Shown: positions 20,155-32,209 of the stretch, in pieces
How positions within the stretch are numbered: position 1 is the stretch's first letter
How the letters are laid out: every line of letters starts with the position of its first letter
NCBI GenBank assembly: GCA_009996615.1
Contig: JAACZU010000013.1
Span: 27,990 to 91,989, forward strand
Source: Rhodanobacteraceae bacterium
GTDB lineage: Bacteria; Pseudomonadota; Gammaproteobacteria; Xanthomonadales; Rhodanobacteraceae
Length of the DNA stretch: 64,000 bases
Direction: 5' to 3'
Program-made: the position numbers and the translations under genes
The notes under the pieces: model-generated
Told to the model about the DNA's origin: nothing
The model's database searches: none
What the model saw: only the letters and a program-made list of their open reading frames with translations

Positions 20155-20535
20155 TCAGCCGGCGGGCGGCAGCATGATCGCCGCGACCACGCGGCGGCCT
20201 TCGCCGGCGAGCAGGTTGTAGGTGCGGCAGGCGGCGGCGTTGGTCATGACCTCGACGCCGATGCGCCGGCGCAGCAGCGCGACCTGCGCCTCGCGCGGCG
20301 GAAACACCTGGCGTTCGCCGGTGCCGAGCAGCACGACCTCCGGTTCGAGCGCGGCGATCGCCTCGGCTGCGGCGAGGTCGAACTGGCCGGCGTGGACGAC
20401 CGGCCAGTCCTCGACCAGGCGGTCCGGCGCGAGCAGGAAGCTGCGCGTCAGCACGCGGTCGACCACGGTCACCGCGTCCGCCGCGCAGGCGCGGAAGAAC
20501 AGGAAGCCCTCCGGCAGGTCCTGGCTCAGTTGCAT
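20155..20535 (-). CDS. Mth938-like / DUF498 (Xcc1710-like) protein
   Basis: 126 aa. [14 protein letters not shown]...[17 protein letters not shown] pattern typical of the family. Confidence 0.75.
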   Translation of the reverse strand: MQLSQDLPEGFLFFRACAADAVTVVDRVLTRSFLLAPDRLVEDWPVVHAGQFDLAAAEAIAALEPEVVLLGTGERQVFPPREAQVALLRRRIGVEVMTNAAACRTYNLLAGEGRRVVAAIMLPPAG

Positions 20536-20545
20536 CGGTGCGGCC

Positions 20546-20842
20546 TCACTTGGGCAGCGTGTACGCGGCGCGGTCCGGGTTGCGCTTGTAGAAGCAGGCG
20601 ATCTTGCCGATCGTCTGCACCAGCTCGGCGCCGGAATGTTCGCGGATCTGCTCGATCGAGGCCGCGCGCGACTCGCGGTCGTCGTCGGCGAGCTTGACCT
20701 TGATCAGCTCGTGGTGCTCGAGCGCGCCGTCCAGCTCCTTGAGCAGGGCCGGCGTGACGCCCTTCTGGCCGACCAGGATCACCGGGTTCAGCGCATGCGC
20801 GAAGCCGCGCAGGTAGCGTTTTTGCGAGGACGAAAGGGGCAT
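20546..20842 (-). CDS. yhbY: Ribosome assembly RNA-binding protein YhbY (CRM domain)
   Basis: 98 aa. [28 protein letters not shown]...ELIKVK. Confidence 0.9.
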   Translation of the reverse strand: MPLSSSQKRYLRGFAHALNPVILVGQKGVTPALLKELDGALEHHELIKVKLADDDRESRAASIEQIREHSGAELVQTIGKIACFYKRNPDRAAYTLPK

Positions 20843-20950
20843 GAACGGAAACCGAATGGATTGCGGTGGCGCAGCATGGCGCGGCCGTACAGGTTATCAT
20901 GCGCCGTCAACCCCATCGAAACGGCGCGGCATCGCGTTGAGGCAGACGAG

Positions 20951-21571
20951 ATGGCGCGCAGCAAATCCAGTTCCCGCTGGCTGCGGGAACACTTCAGCGA
21001 TCCCTATGTCAAACGCGCGCAGGCCGAAGGCTGGCGTTCGCGCGCGGTGTTCAAGCTCGAGGAGCTGATCGACCGCGACCGCCTGCTCAAGCCCGGCATG
21101 ACCGTGGTCGACCTCGGCGCCGCGCCGGGCGGCTGGTCGCAAGTCGTGCGTGAGCGCCTCGGCGACAAGGGCCGCGTGATCGCGCTGGACATCCTGCCGA
21201 TGCAGGGCATCGGCGGGGTCGATTTCATCCACGGCGATTTCCGCGAGGAAAGCGTGCTGGCGCAGCTGAAGCAGGCGCTCGACGGCGCGCCGGTCGATCT
21301 TGTGCTTTCGGACATGGCCCCCAATCTCAGCGGCATGAGCGCGGTCGACCAGCCGCGCTCGATGTACCTCGTGGAGCTGGCCGAGGAATTCGCAACGGCG
21401 CACCTGCGGCCGGGCGGTTCGTTCCTGACCAAGGTGTTCCAGGGCGAGGGCTTCGACGATTTCGTGCGGCGCTTGCGCGCGTCCTATGAGCGCGTCAGCA
21501 TCCGTAAACCCAAGGCCTCGCGGGCGCGCAGCTCCGAGGTATATGCGCTGGCCACGGGCAAGCGTGCGTGA
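20951..21571 (+). CDS. rlmE: 23S rRNA (uridine2552-2'-O)-methyltransferase
   Basis: Start at [27 protein letters not shown] motif [14 protein letters not shown]. Confidence 0.93.
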   Translation: MARSKSSSRWLREHFSDPYVKRAQAEGWRSRAVFKLEELIDRDRLLKPGMTVVDLGAAPGGWSQVVRERLGDKGRVIALDILPMQGIGGVDFIHGDFREESVLAQLKQALDGAPVDLVLSDMAPNLSGMSAVDQPRSMYLVELAEEFATAHLRPGGSFLTKVFQGEGFDDFVRRLRASYERVSIRKPKASRARSSEVYALATGKRA

Positions 21572-21600
21572 TTTGAGAGAGGCCACAAGGCGAGCACTCC

Positions 21601-23541
<1,941 letters not shown>

Positions 23542-23563
23542 TCCTGACGCCACAGGCAAGTTC

Positions 23564-23595
23564 CGAAGGCCGCCGCAAGGCGGCCTTCGCTTTTG
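23564..23595 (+). terminator. Hairpin with a short T-run after ftsH (possible attenuating terminator)
   Basis: CGAAGGCCGCC GCAA GGCGGCCTTCG followed by CTTTTG. Confidence 0.45.
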
Positions 23596-23644
23596 CGCGC
23601 CGCGGCGCGCACGGGAAGCGCCGGCGCTCGGCTACACTGGCGCG

Positions 23645-24535
23645 ATGTTCACGCCCATCCTGCATTGCAACGGCCGCGACCTCGCGCTTGACCGCGTGCG
23701 CATCGCCGGCATCGTCAACATCACGCCCGATTCGTTCTCCGATGGCGGCGACTTCTTCGATCCGGCACGCGCGGTCGCGCACGGCCTGGCGCTGGTCGAT
23801 CAGGGCGCCGACCTGCTCGACGTCGGCGGCGAGTCGACGCGGCCCGGCGCGGCCGAGGTGTCGGCCGAGGACGAGATCGCGCGCGTGGTGCCGGTGATCG
23901 CCGCGCTGGCGCGGCAGACCCGCGTGCCGATCTCGATCGACACCTCGAAGCCCGAAGTCATGCGCGCCGCGGTCGCGGCCGGCGCCGGGCTGATCAACGA
24001 TGTCTACGCGCTGCGTCGCGACGGCGCGCTGGAGGCCGCGGCCGAACTCGGCGTGCCGGTCTGCCTGATGCACATGCAGGGCGAACCGCGCACGATGCAG
24101 GAAGCGCCGGAGTACGACGACGTGGTCGGCGAGGTGCACCGCTTCCTCGCCGAGCGGCTGTTCGCCTGCCAGCTGGCCGGCATCGACAAGAAGAACATCC
24201 TGGTCGACCCGGGCTTCGGCTTCGGCAAGACGCTCGAGCACAACCTCGCGCTGCTGCGCGCGCTGGGCCGCTTCGCGGAGCTGGCGCCGGTGCTGGTCGG
24301 GCTGTCGCGCAAGTCGATGATCGGCACGCTGACCGGCCGCCAGGAACCTTCCGCGCGCGCCGCCGGCTCGGCCGCCGCGGCGCTGATCGCGGCGCAGAAC
24401 GGCGCCGCGATCGTGCGCGTGCACGACGTCGCGATCACGCGCGACGCGCTGGCGGTATGGCAGGCGGTCGCCGCCGGTGCCGCGCCGGCGCGGCGCCCAG
24501 CGCCGAAGGCGGCGTCGCCGTGGGACGAGGACTGA
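23645..24535 (+). CDS. folP: Dihydropteroate synthase
   Basis: NITPDSFSDGG and DVGGESTRPG pterin-binding motifs. Confidence 0.93.
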   Translation: MFTPILHCNGRDLALDRVRIAGIVNITPDSFSDGGDFFDPARAVAHGLALVDQGADLLDVGGESTRPGAAEVSAEDEIARVVPVIAALARQTRVPISIDTSKPEVMRAAVAAGAGLINDVYALRRDGALEAAAELGVPVCLMHMQGEPRTMQEAPEYDDVVGEVHRFLAERLFACQLAGIDKKNILVDPGFGFGKTLEHNLALLRALGRFAELAPVLVGLSRKSMIGTLTGRQEPSARAAGSAAAALIAAQNGAAIVRVHDVAITRDALAVWQAVAAGAAPARRPAPKAASPWDED

Positions 24536-24571
24536 ACGGCAAGCCCACTGAGCGTGCCCCGGCACTCGGAC

Positions 24572-25774
24572 TCAATGCGCGAGCAGCCAGGTGGCGAGGC
24601 CGAGGAACAGCCCCAGGCTGGCGACGTCGGTGGCTTTGGTCAGGAAGATGCTCGATGCGGTGGCCGGGTCGGCGCCGCAGCGCTTGAGGATCTGCGGCAC
24701 GCCAGCGCCAACAATGCCGGCCAGCACGCAGCTGCCGGCCAGCGCGGCGAACGTGATCGCGGCCAGGCGTGGCGCCTGCGGGTTGCCCTGGTACCAGGCC
24801 AGGCCGAACATCGCCAGCGCGGCGACCACGCCGGTCAGTGCGCCGTTGAGGAAGCCGAGCCAGGCCTCCTTGGCCAGCAGTGCCCGGCCGCGCCCCGGCA
24901 GGAGTTCGCCGAATGTCAGGCCGCGCAGGGTGACCGCGAGCGCCTGGCTGCCGGTGTTGTTGCATTGGTCCGACAGCACCGGCAGGAATACCGCCAGCAG
25001 CACGATCTGGTTGATCGTGTCCTGGAACGAGCCGACCACGCTCGCGGTGATGAAGGTCGTGAGCAGGTTCACCTGCAGCCACGGGTTGCGGAAGCGCAGG
25101 CTGCGCGGCCACGGTGTGGCGAGGCGTTCCTCCTTCTCCACGCCGACCATCGAGCCGGCCTGCGCGCTGATCTCGAACGCCTGTTCCTCGAACAACACCG
25201 CGCCGCGCACGACGCCGAGCAGGCGGCCCTCCGCGTCGCAGACCGGGTAGACCGGGTAGTGGCGGCGCACGACCTCGCGCATCGCGTCGATGACCTTCAT
25301 GTCCGGGCGCAGCGCAAACGGCCGCGTGACCATGATCTCGGCCAGCGACTGCTCCGGGCGTGCGAAGGCAAGTTCGCGGAATGCGACCAGGCCATCGAGG
25401 CGGCGCTCGGCGCCGACGACGAAGATGTAGGTGACGAGCGTATGCGCGATGCGCGGCCGCAACCACTCGATCACCGCCGCCACGGTCGTTTCAGCCGTAA
25501 AGACGGCCGGAGGCGCCTCCATCAGGCGGCCGACGCTGCCGTCGGGCCAGGCTTGCCCGGCCAGCCACTGGCCGTCCTCGCCCTGACCGGCGGCGAAGGC
25601 GATGCGGCGGCGCCGGTCGGCGCCGAAGCGGTCGAGGATCGCGACCGCGCGCCCGGGCCCCAGCGCGTGCAGCAGGTCCGCGACCGAGGTGTCCGGCAGC
25701 GGTGCCAGGCGGTGCGCGGCATCGTCGGTGTCGAGCACGCGCAGGTCGTCGATCGTCACGGTTTCCGGCTGCAT
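24572..25774 (-). CDS. mgtE: Magnesium transporter MgtE
   Basis: N-terminal domain, CBS pair, then TM domain with NQIVLLAVFLPVLSD...GNTGSQA-like and ATASSIFLTKATDV motifs. Confidence 0.88.
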   Translation of the reverse strand: MQPETVTIDDLRVLDTDDAAHRLAPLPDTSVADLLHALGPGRAVAILDRFGADRRRRIAFAAGQGEDGQWLAGQAWPDGSVGRLMEAPPAVFTAETTVAAVIEWLRPRIAHTLVTYIFVVGAERRLDGLVAFRELAFARPEQSLAEIMVTRPFALRPDMKVIDAMREVVRRHYPVYPVCDAEGRLLGVVRGAVLFEEQAFEISAQAGSMVGVEKEERLATPWPRSLRFRNPWLQVNLLTTFITASVVGSFQDTINQIVLLAVFLPVLSDQCNNTGSQALAVTLRGLTFGELLPGRGRALLAKEAWLGFLNGALTGVVAALAMFGLAWYQGNPQAPRLAAITFAALAGSCVLAGIVGAGVPQILKRCGADPATASSIFLTKATDVASLGLFLGLATWLLAH

Positions 25775-25931
25775 GGTGTCGCTCCCAGGGCGCCGCGATT
25801 AGATCACAGCAGCGCGTGCGGCAGCATCCTCGCGCGTTCGCGCGGCAATGGTGCGCGCGAGAATCCCGTTCATCGCTTCTTTAGCATGGCAGGGCGACCA
25901 TCGAGTCCCCACCAAACAGGGTAGTCCGACG

Positions 25932-26408
25932 ATGAAGAGCCGATTCACCTCCATGACGCTCGCCGGTGCCGCCTGCATCGCGATGGCCGGCTGCGTCGCC
26001 ACGCCGCCGCGTACCCACTACGGCTACAACGATCCCTACTACCAGGGGCGCGACCAGCACTGCTCGACCTGCGGCGTGATCCGCGACGTCGGCCGCGTCT
26101 ACGTGCGTGACAACGCGACCAGCGGTGGCGGCGCGGTGCTCGGTGCGGTCATCGGCGGCGTGCTCGGCAGTACGCTCGGCCATGGCCGCGGCCGCACTGC
26201 GACGACGGTTGCCGGCGCGGTCGCCGGCGGCTTCGCCGGCAACGCGATCGAACGCAACCAGAACGGTGGCGGTGGCCGCGAGGCGTGGCAGTTCAACGTG
26301 CAGCTGGATGACGGCCGCTGGGCCACCGTCACGCAATGGAGCAACGACGACCTGCGTCCGGGCGATCGCGTGATGATCCGCGACGATCGGCTCTATCGCC
26401 TGCGCTGA
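25932..26408 (+). CDS. Glycine-zipper 2TM domain lipoprotein
   Basis: Lipobox LAGAACIAMAGC. Glycine zipper GAVIGGVLGSTLGHGRGRTATTVAGAVAGGFAGN. Confidence 0.75.
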   Translation: MKSRFTSMTLAGAACIAMAGCVATPPRTHYGYNDPYYQGRDQHCSTCGVIRDVGRVYVRDNATSGGGAVLGAVIGGVLGSTLGHGRGRTATTVAGAVAGGFAGNAIERNQNGGGGREAWQFNVQLDDGRWATVTQWSNDDLRPGDRVMIRDDRLYRLR

Positions 26409-26437
26409 ATTGCCGTCGGGGCTGCGACGAAACGGAA

Positions 26438-26470
26438 ACGGCGGGCAACGCGAGTTCCCCGCCGTTTTTC
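26438..26470 (+). terminator. Rho-independent terminator
   Basis: ACGGCGGG / CCCCGCCGT stem followed by TTTTTCTT. Confidence 0.55.
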
Positions 26471-26536
26471 TTGTCTGGTCTCCGTCGCTGCCAGCAGTGC
26501 GCGCGAGCACTGCAGCCGCGGCGGCACCAGGGAAGG

Positions 26537-26974
26537 TCAGTTGATGCGGTAGAAGCTGTGCGCGCCGATCGTCGCCAGCGGCGGCCCCTTTATCCAGCTC
26601 GGGGAGGTCGAGTCGGCCACGATGAAATGGTCGGCGTGCGGCACCACGAACTTGCGCTTGTCGTTCGGCAGTGTCCACGTCTCGATCGCGCGGTCGGCGA
26701 CCTGCCAGGCCTTCTGCCACGCCTTCGGGTTGGCCAGCACGTAGTTGAGGTTGGTGGTCGTGAGCGCGAACTGGCCGGGGGCGCGCACGACGTCGCATAC
26801 GGTCGAGCCCCATCGTCCCGCCTCGCGGCGCCGCAGCGCCACCTCCGCCACGGCCATCTGGCCGACCTGCGATTCGCTGCGGGCTTCGAGATAGATCGTC
26901 GTCGCCAGGCAGATATGGTCCGAAGCCGGTTGCGGCAGCATCGAAGCAAGCCACAGCAGGAACGAAAGTTTCAT
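26537..26974 (-). CDS. Cell wall hydrolase, SleB/Hydrolase_2 family
   Basis: Start at MKLSFLLWLASMLP (signal peptide). ATTIYLEARSESQVGQMAVAEVALRR...VVRAPGQFA. Confidence 0.75.
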   Translation of the reverse strand: MKLSFLLWLASMLPQPASDHICLATTIYLEARSESQVGQMAVAEVALRRREAGRWGSTVCDVVRAPGQFALTTTNLNYVLANPKAWQKAWQVADRAIETWTLPNDKRKFVVPHADHFIVADSTSPSWIKGPPLATIGAHSFYRIN

Positions 26975-27243
26975 CAGGCACCTCTCACGTCGTGGCGGCA
27001 GCGCACGCACGCGGGCAATACGCACCCGCGCTCGCCGCGCGCTTCCGCGCGACGCATGCATCCAGCCGCTCGAGTTGTCACAAACCGTGGCGCGCACGCG
27101 ATCGGGTCGCGCTGGTCAACGCCGCGTCGGTTTCGCCTGCCACCCCGGCAGTCGTTCCGACGTTTTGCGTACATCGCACCGGGAGGTCAGTCCCGATGTA
27201 CGGATCGCGCGATCGGTGCGGCGCGATCGATCGAATGTTCGCC

Positions 27244-27271
27244 AAAAAAAACGCCCTGACTGAGCAGGGCG
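27244..27271 (-). terminator. Rho-independent terminator (minus strand)
   Basis: On the minus strand, CGCCCTG CTCAGT CAGGGCG is followed by eight T. It lies about 115 nt downstream of the ygfZ stop. Confidence 0.6.
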
Positions 27272-27385
27272 GAACGGGAGACTACTCGAACGTCGAACGA
27301 TTGTCGCGTGACGTGTGCGTCTTTTGTTCAGCTTCGTGTAAGGAAGGGTTTTGTAGCTATCCCTTCCAACTATGTTTATAAATTG

Positions 27386-28222
27386 TTATGAATTGAAACA
27401 ATGTATAAATGTTCCTTCTTCCGTGCGCAGTGTGCGCTCGCCGGATTCGTCGATGAGCACGGCGAGCGCCTCGCTGGTGCCGGCATTCGCGCCGGTGGTG
27501 GCGTAAAGGATGCGGCCGACGCCGCTGCCGTCGCCGTCCACGATCGGTGTCGCGCAGGCCGGTGGCGCGCCGTCGACCCGCACGCGATGCGGATGCCGCT
27601 TGTTGCCGCCGCGGAAGTGCAGGCGCGCGACGATCTCCTGGCCCGGGTAGCAACCCTTGTCGAAACGGATCGCGTCGAGGCGCTCGAGATCGAGTGCCTG
27701 CGCGACGAACTCGCCCGCCAGTTCCGGTGCGAGCAGTGGCAGGCGCGCCGCGATGTCGGCGCGGCGCCAGCGTACGAGTTCGTCAGGATTCGCGGCTGCG
27801 CCCTCGACGTGGGCGAGCCAGGCGATGCGCGCCGGCTCGCCCGGTTGCAGGAACGCATAGCCGCCCATGTGCGTGACTACCGCGTCGGCGGCAGGTAACG
27901 CCATGTCGCCTGGTTCGAGCGCATGCAGCGTCCAGTCGGAGGCCGCTTCGACCTGCACCTTGGCGCGCAGCACGAAGCGGGCGAGCGCGTCGCGCATCGC
28001 CGTCGCCCCGCCGAGCGGCAGCCAAAGAAGCAGGCGTTCTGGTTCGACGCGCAATACGGCGAAGAACGCGCGCGCGCGCCCCTGCGGATCGAGCCATGTG
28101 CTCCATTGCCAGGCGCCGGTGGGCAGCGCGGCGATGTCGCTGGTGAACTGCGCATGCGCGAACGCGACGGCGTCGGCGCCGCTCAGGAAGATCAGCTCGG
28201 CGGGGCAGAGCGGAGTGGTCAT
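27386..28222 (-). CDS. ygfZ: Folate-binding Fe-S cluster repair / tRNA-modifying protein YgfZ
   Basis: Signature KGCYPGQE. Start taken at MTTPLCPAELIF (an alternative ATG lies 18 nt upstream). Confidence 0.85.
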   Translation of the reverse strand: MTTPLCPAELIFLSGADAVAFAHAQFTSDIAALPTGAWQWSTWLDPQGRARAFFAVLRVEPERLLLWLPLGGATAMRDALARFVLRAKVQVEAASDWTLHALEPGDMALPAADAVVTHMGGYAFLQPGEPARIAWLAHVEGAAANPDELVRWRRADIAARLPLLAPELAGEFVAQALDLERLDAIRFDKGCYPGQEIVARLHFRGGNKRHPHRVRVDGAPPACATPIVDGDGSGVGRILYATTGANAGTSEALAVLIDESGERTLRTEEGTFIHCFNS

Positions 28223-28512
28223 GCCGCGACTTCCATACATGGGCAAAAGGCGCCAAGACTCTAGCAGGATGTCGGGAGAGTGCTTTCCTGCACGCCCTCG
28301 CCCGGGCGAGTCAGGTGCACGCAGGGACTGGCTTGCGCCGGGCCATCTGGCGTGCGCCATCGATGCGCGGGCGATCCATGTGCATCACGCCGGCTGGCCG
28401 CCTGCCAGCCGGCGCCGTTTGGCCATCCAGCGGGGCATGCCGGACAGGCGCGAAAACGCGCCGATGTTGTCACCCAAGGCGCCAGGGTTTAACCTTCGCG
28501 TCGCACTGCACC

Positions 28513-28680
28513 ATGTCCGAACCCCGCTCTCCCGCGCCCGAACCGACCACTCCGCCGACGCCGAGCGCGCCGGCGGCGCCGCCGGCTTCTCCGGCGGTCG
28601 AGATCGGCGGGCGCACGACCGGCCTCGACCCGACCCGCTACGGCGATTGGGAAAAGGACGGGCGCTGCATCGACTTCTGA
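28513..28680 (+). CDS. DUF1674 (SDHAF4-like) small protein
   Basis: C-terminus PTRYGDWEKDGRCIDF is the DUF1674 signature. Sits directly upstream of sdhC. Confidence 0.65.
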   Translation: MSEPRSPAPEPTTPPTPSAPAAPPASPAVEIGGRTTGLDPTRYGDWEKDGRCIDF

Positions 28681-28742
28681 TGCGTTCCGCGCGATATCGC
28701 GCGGTGGGGTTCCAACAACACGTTTGAACGAGCGAGCGAGCC

Positions 28743-29138
28743 ATGCCAGCCACTGCGCGTCCCTTGTCACCGCACATCTCGATCTACCGATGGCAGATCC
28801 AGATGGTCACCTCGATCCTGCACCGTGCGACCGGCATCGCCCTGGCGTTCGGCACGATCCTGCTCTGCGCCGCGCTGCTGGCGCTGGCGGCCGGGCCGGA
28901 CGCGTTCGCCGCGGTACGCGCGTTCTGCGGCTCGTGGCTCGGCACGCTCCTGCTGCTCGGCTGGAGCTGGGCGCTCTGCTACCACCTGCTCAACGGCCTG
29001 CGCCACTTGCTGCAGGACGTCGGCATGGGTTTCCGCATCGAACAGTTCGTGCGCAACGGTTGGCTGGTCTCGATCGGCAGCCTCGTGCTGACCGGCCTGG
29101 TCTGGGCCTGCGTGATCGCGCAGCGGGGTGGCGCATGA
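28743..29138 (+). CDS. sdhC: Succinate dehydrogenase cytochrome b556 subunit
   Basis: RPLSPHISIYRWQIQMVTSILHRATG motif and three TM segments. Confidence 0.9.
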   Translation: MPATARPLSPHISIYRWQIQMVTSILHRATGIALAFGTILLCAALLALAAGPDAFAAVRAFCGSWLGTLLLLGWSWALCYHLLNGLRHLLQDVGMGFRIEQFVRNGWLVSIGSLVLTGLVWACVIAQRGGA

Positions 29139-29518
29139 GCCAGCTGCGCACTCCGCTGAAGAAGGCGTTAGGCCTGGGCTCGGCCAAGCATGGCGTGCAG
29201 CACTTCATCACCCAGCGCGTGACCGCGGTCGCGCTGCTGCTGCTGGCCGGGTGGTTCCTCTGGACCGTGCTGAGCGTGCTGCACCTCGACTACGCTGGCG
29301 CGCGCGCGCTCGTCGCGCAGCCGCTCAACGCGGTGCTGATGCTTGCGTTCGTCGTGGCGGTCTTCTGGCACGCGCAGCTCGGCCTGCAGGTCGTGATCGA
29401 GGATTACGTGCATACGCACGGCCTCCAGATCGTGCTGCAGATCGCGGTCAAGTTCCTCTGTTTCCTCGGTGCCGCAGCCAGCGTGCTCGCGGTGATCCGC
29501 ATCGCACTGCAAGGCTGA
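29135..29518 (+). CDS. sdhD: Succinate dehydrogenase hydrophobic membrane anchor subunit
   Basis: ATGA overlap with sdhC. GSAKHGVQHFITQRVTAV and three TM segments. Confidence 0.88.
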   Translation: MSQLRTPLKKALGLGSAKHGVQHFITQRVTAVALLLLAGWFLWTVLSVLHLDYAGARALVAQPLNAVLMLAFVVAVFWHAQLGLQVVIEDYVHTHGLQIVLQIAVKFLCFLGAAASVLAVIRIALQG

Positions 29519-29521
29519 CAC

Positions 29522-31309
29522 ATGGCTGGCTACAAGATCCAGGAACACAAGGTCGACATCGTCGTCGTCGGCGCCGGCGGCGCCGGCCTGCGCGCCACCT
29601 TCGGCCTTGCCGCAACCGGCCTGCAGACGGCCTGCATCACCAAGGTCTTCCCGACGCGCTCGCATACCGTGGCCGCGCAGGGTGGCATCTCGGCCGCGCT
29701 CGGCAACATGGGCGAGGATGACTGGCGCTTCCACTTCTACGACACGATCAAGGGCTCCGACTGGCTCGGCGACCAGGACGCGATCGAGTACATGTGCAAG
29801 GAGGCGCCGGCCGCGATCATCGAGCTCGAGCACTACGGCGTGCCGTTCTCGCGCACCGACGAGGGCAAGATCTACCAGCGCCCGTTCGGCGGCATGACCA
29901 CGCACTACGGCAAGGGCACCGCGCAACGCACCTGCGCCGCGGCCGACCGCACCGGCCACGCGATCCTGCACACGCTCTACCAGCAGTCGCTCAAGCACGA
30001 CGCGCGCTTCTTCATCGAGTACTTCGCGCTCGACCTGATCTTCGACGACGAAGGCGCCTGCCGCGGCGTGCTCGCGCTCGACATGGCCGAAGGCACGCTG
30101 CACCTGTTCCGCGCGCACGGCGTCGTGCTGGCGACCGGCGGGTACGGCCGCGCCTACTTCAGCGCGACCTCGGCGCATACCTGCACCGGCGACGGCGGCG
30201 GCCTTGCGCTGCGCGCCGGCCTGCCGCTGCAGGACATGGAGTTCGTGCAGTTCCACCCGACCGGCATCTACGGCTCGGGCTGCCTGATCACCGAAGGCTC
30301 GCGCGGCGAGGGCGGCTACCTCACCAACTCGAAGGGCGAGCGCTTCATGGAGCGCTACGCGCCGAACGCGAAGGACCTCGCCTCGCGCGACGTCGTGTCG
30401 CGCTCGATGACGATCGAGATCCGCGAAGGCCGCGGCGTCGGCGAGCACCAGGACCACATCAACCTGAACCTGATGCACCTCGGCGCCGAGGTGCTGCACG
30501 AGAAGCTGCCGGGCATTTCCGAGTCCGCGCGCATCTTCGCCGGCGTCGACGTGACCAAGGAGCCGATTCCGGTCATCCCGACCGTGCACTACAACATGGG
30601 CGGCGTGCCGACCAACTACCACGGCGAAGTCGTGCGCAAGGTCGGCGACAACCCGGACGCGGTCGTGCCGGGCCTGTACGCGATCGGCGAGGCGGCCTGC
30701 GTGTCGGTGCATGGCGCCAACCGCCTCGGCTCCAACTCGCTGCTGGACCTGGTCGTGTTCGGCCGCGCGGTCGCACAGCGCTGCGCGGCGACGATCAAGC
30801 CGGGCCAGCCGCACAAGGAACTGCCGGCCTCGGCCTGCGACCAGGCGCTGGCGAACCTCGACCGCCTGCGCAATGCGAACGGCTCGACGCCGACTGCCGA
30901 GATCCGCCTGACGATGCAGAAGACGATGCAGGCCGATGCGGCGGTGTTCCGCACCGCCAGCACGCTGCAGGAAGGCTGCGCGAAGATGGACAAGGTGTTC
31001 GCCTCGTTCGAGGACGTGCGCGTGTCGGACCGCTCGCTGGTCTGGAACTCGGACCTGATCGAGACGCTGGAACTGCAGAACCTGCTCTACAACGCGGTCG
31101 CGACGATCAACTCGGCCGAGCAGCGCCACGAGAGCCGCGGCGCGCATGCGCGCGAGGACTTCCCGGAGCGCGACGACGAGAACTGGATGAAGCACACGCT
31201 GGTCACGGTCGATGCGAAGGGCAAGTGTGCATTCGACTTCCGCCCGGTGCACATGAACACGCTGACCAGCGACGTCGAGCCGGTGCCGCCGAAGAAGCGC
31301 GTCTACTGA
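29522..31309 (+). CDS. sdhA: Succinate dehydrogenase flavoprotein subunit
   Basis: [12 protein letters not shown], covalent-FAD region SHTVAAQGG, and [13 protein letters not shown]. Confidence 0.97.
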   Translation: MAGYKIQEHKVDIVVVGAGGAGLRATFGLAATGLQTACITKVFPTRSHTVAAQGGISAALGNMGEDDWRFHFYDTIKGSDWLGDQDAIEYMCKEAPAAIIELEHYGVPFSRTDEGKIYQRPFGGMTTHYGKGTAQRTCAAADRTGHAILHTLYQQSLKHDARFFIEYFALDLIFDDEGACRGVLALDMAEGTLHLFRAHGVVLATGGYGRAYFSATSAHTCTGDGGGLALRAGLPLQDMEFVQFHPTGIYGSGCLITEGSRGEGGYLTNSKGERFMERYAPNAKDLASRDVVSRSMTIEIREGRGVGEHQDHINLNLMHLGAEVLHEKLPGISESARIFAGVDVTKEPIPVIPTVHYNMGGVPTNYHGEVVRKVGDNPDAVVPGLYAIGEAACVSVHGANRLGSNSLLDLVVFGRAVAQRCAATIKPGQPHKELPASACDQALANLDRLRNANGSTPTAEIRLTMQKTMQADAAVFRTASTLQEGCAKMDKVFASFEDVRVSDRSLVWNSDLIETLELQNLLYNAVATINSAEQRHESRGAHAREDFPERDDENWMKHTLVTVDAKGKCAFDFRPVHMNTLTSDVEPVPPKKRVY

Positions 31310-31313
31310 AGAG

Positions 31314-31391
31314 CCGGGATTCGGGATGAGGGACGGGATTCGTTTCCGGCCCGCTTTTTCCGAATCCCGAATCTCGAATCCCGAATCCCGG
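31314..31391. repeat. Minimal heptamer-arm hairpin element between sdhA and sdhB
   Basis: CCGGGATTCGGGATGAGGGACGGGATTCG ... CCGAATCCCGAATCTCGAATCCCGAATCCCGG. The outer ~14 bp are perfectly complementary. The right arm ends 8 nt before the sdhB ATG. Confidence 0.85.
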
Positions 31392-31398
31392 AATCAAC

Positions 31399-32184
31399 AT
31401 GGCCGAATTCACGCTTCCCAAGAACTCCAAGATCAAGGCTGGCAAGCACTTCCCGGCGCCGGCCGGTGCGAGCAACGTGCGCACGTTCCGCATCTATCGC
31501 TGGAGCCCGGACGACGGCGCGAACCCGCGTGTGGACACCTACGACGTCGACCTGTCGACCTGCGGGCCGATGGTTCTCGACGCGCTGATCAAGATCAAGA
31601 ACGAGATCGACCCGACGGTGACGTTCCGCCGCTCGTGCCGCGAGGGCATCTGCGGCTCGTGCGCGATGAACATCGACGGTACCAACACGTTGGCCTGCAC
31701 CAAGGCGATCGCCGACTGTCCGTCCGGCGACGTCAAGATCTACCCGCTGCCGCACATGCCGGTGGTCAAGGACCTGGTGCCGGACCTGACGCAGTTCTAT
31801 GCGCAGTACGCCTCGATCAAGCCGTGGATCCGCACGCAGACGCCCCCGCCGCCGGACAAGGAGCGCCTGCAGTCGAAGGAAGACCGCGCCAAGCTCGACG
31901 GCCTGTACGAGTGCATCCTGTGCGCCTGCTGCACGACCTCGTGCCCGAGCTACTGGTGGAACAGCGACCGCTACCTCGGCCCGGCCGTGTTGCTGCAGGC
32001 CTACCGCTGGATCGTCGACTCGCGCGACGAGGACACCGGCGCGCGCCTGGACGAGCTGGAAGACCCGTTCAAGCTGTACCGCTGCCACACGATCATGAAC
32101 TGCGCGCGGACCTGCCCGAAGGGCCTGAATCCGGCCAAGGCGATCGCCGAGATCAAGAAGCTGATCGTCGAGCGCACGACCTGA
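31399..32184 (+). CDS. sdhB: Succinate dehydrogenase iron-sulfur subunit
   Basis: Cluster motifs [21 protein letters not shown] and [12 protein letters not shown]. Confidence 0.97.
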   Translation: MAEFTLPKNSKIKAGKHFPAPAGASNVRTFRIYRWSPDDGANPRVDTYDVDLSTCGPMVLDALIKIKNEIDPTVTFRRSCREGICGSCAMNIDGTNTLACTKAIADCPSGDVKIYPLPHMPVVKDLVPDLTQFYAQYASIKPWIRTQTPPPPDKERLQSKEDRAKLDGLYECILCACCTTSCPSYWWNSDRYLGPAVLLQAYRWIVDSRDEDTGARLDELEDPFKLYRCHTIMNCARTCPKGLNPAKAIAEIKKLIVERTT

Positions 32185-32209
32185 TCGGCGCAGGGAAGGG
32201 CGTCCGGCG

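Noticed and set aside
26992-27381. 129-aa + strand ORF in the sleB-ygfZ spacer.
   Set aside because: Composition is mixed and there is no SD or motif. It crosses the minus-strand terminator and the AT-rich island, so it is more likely non-coding.
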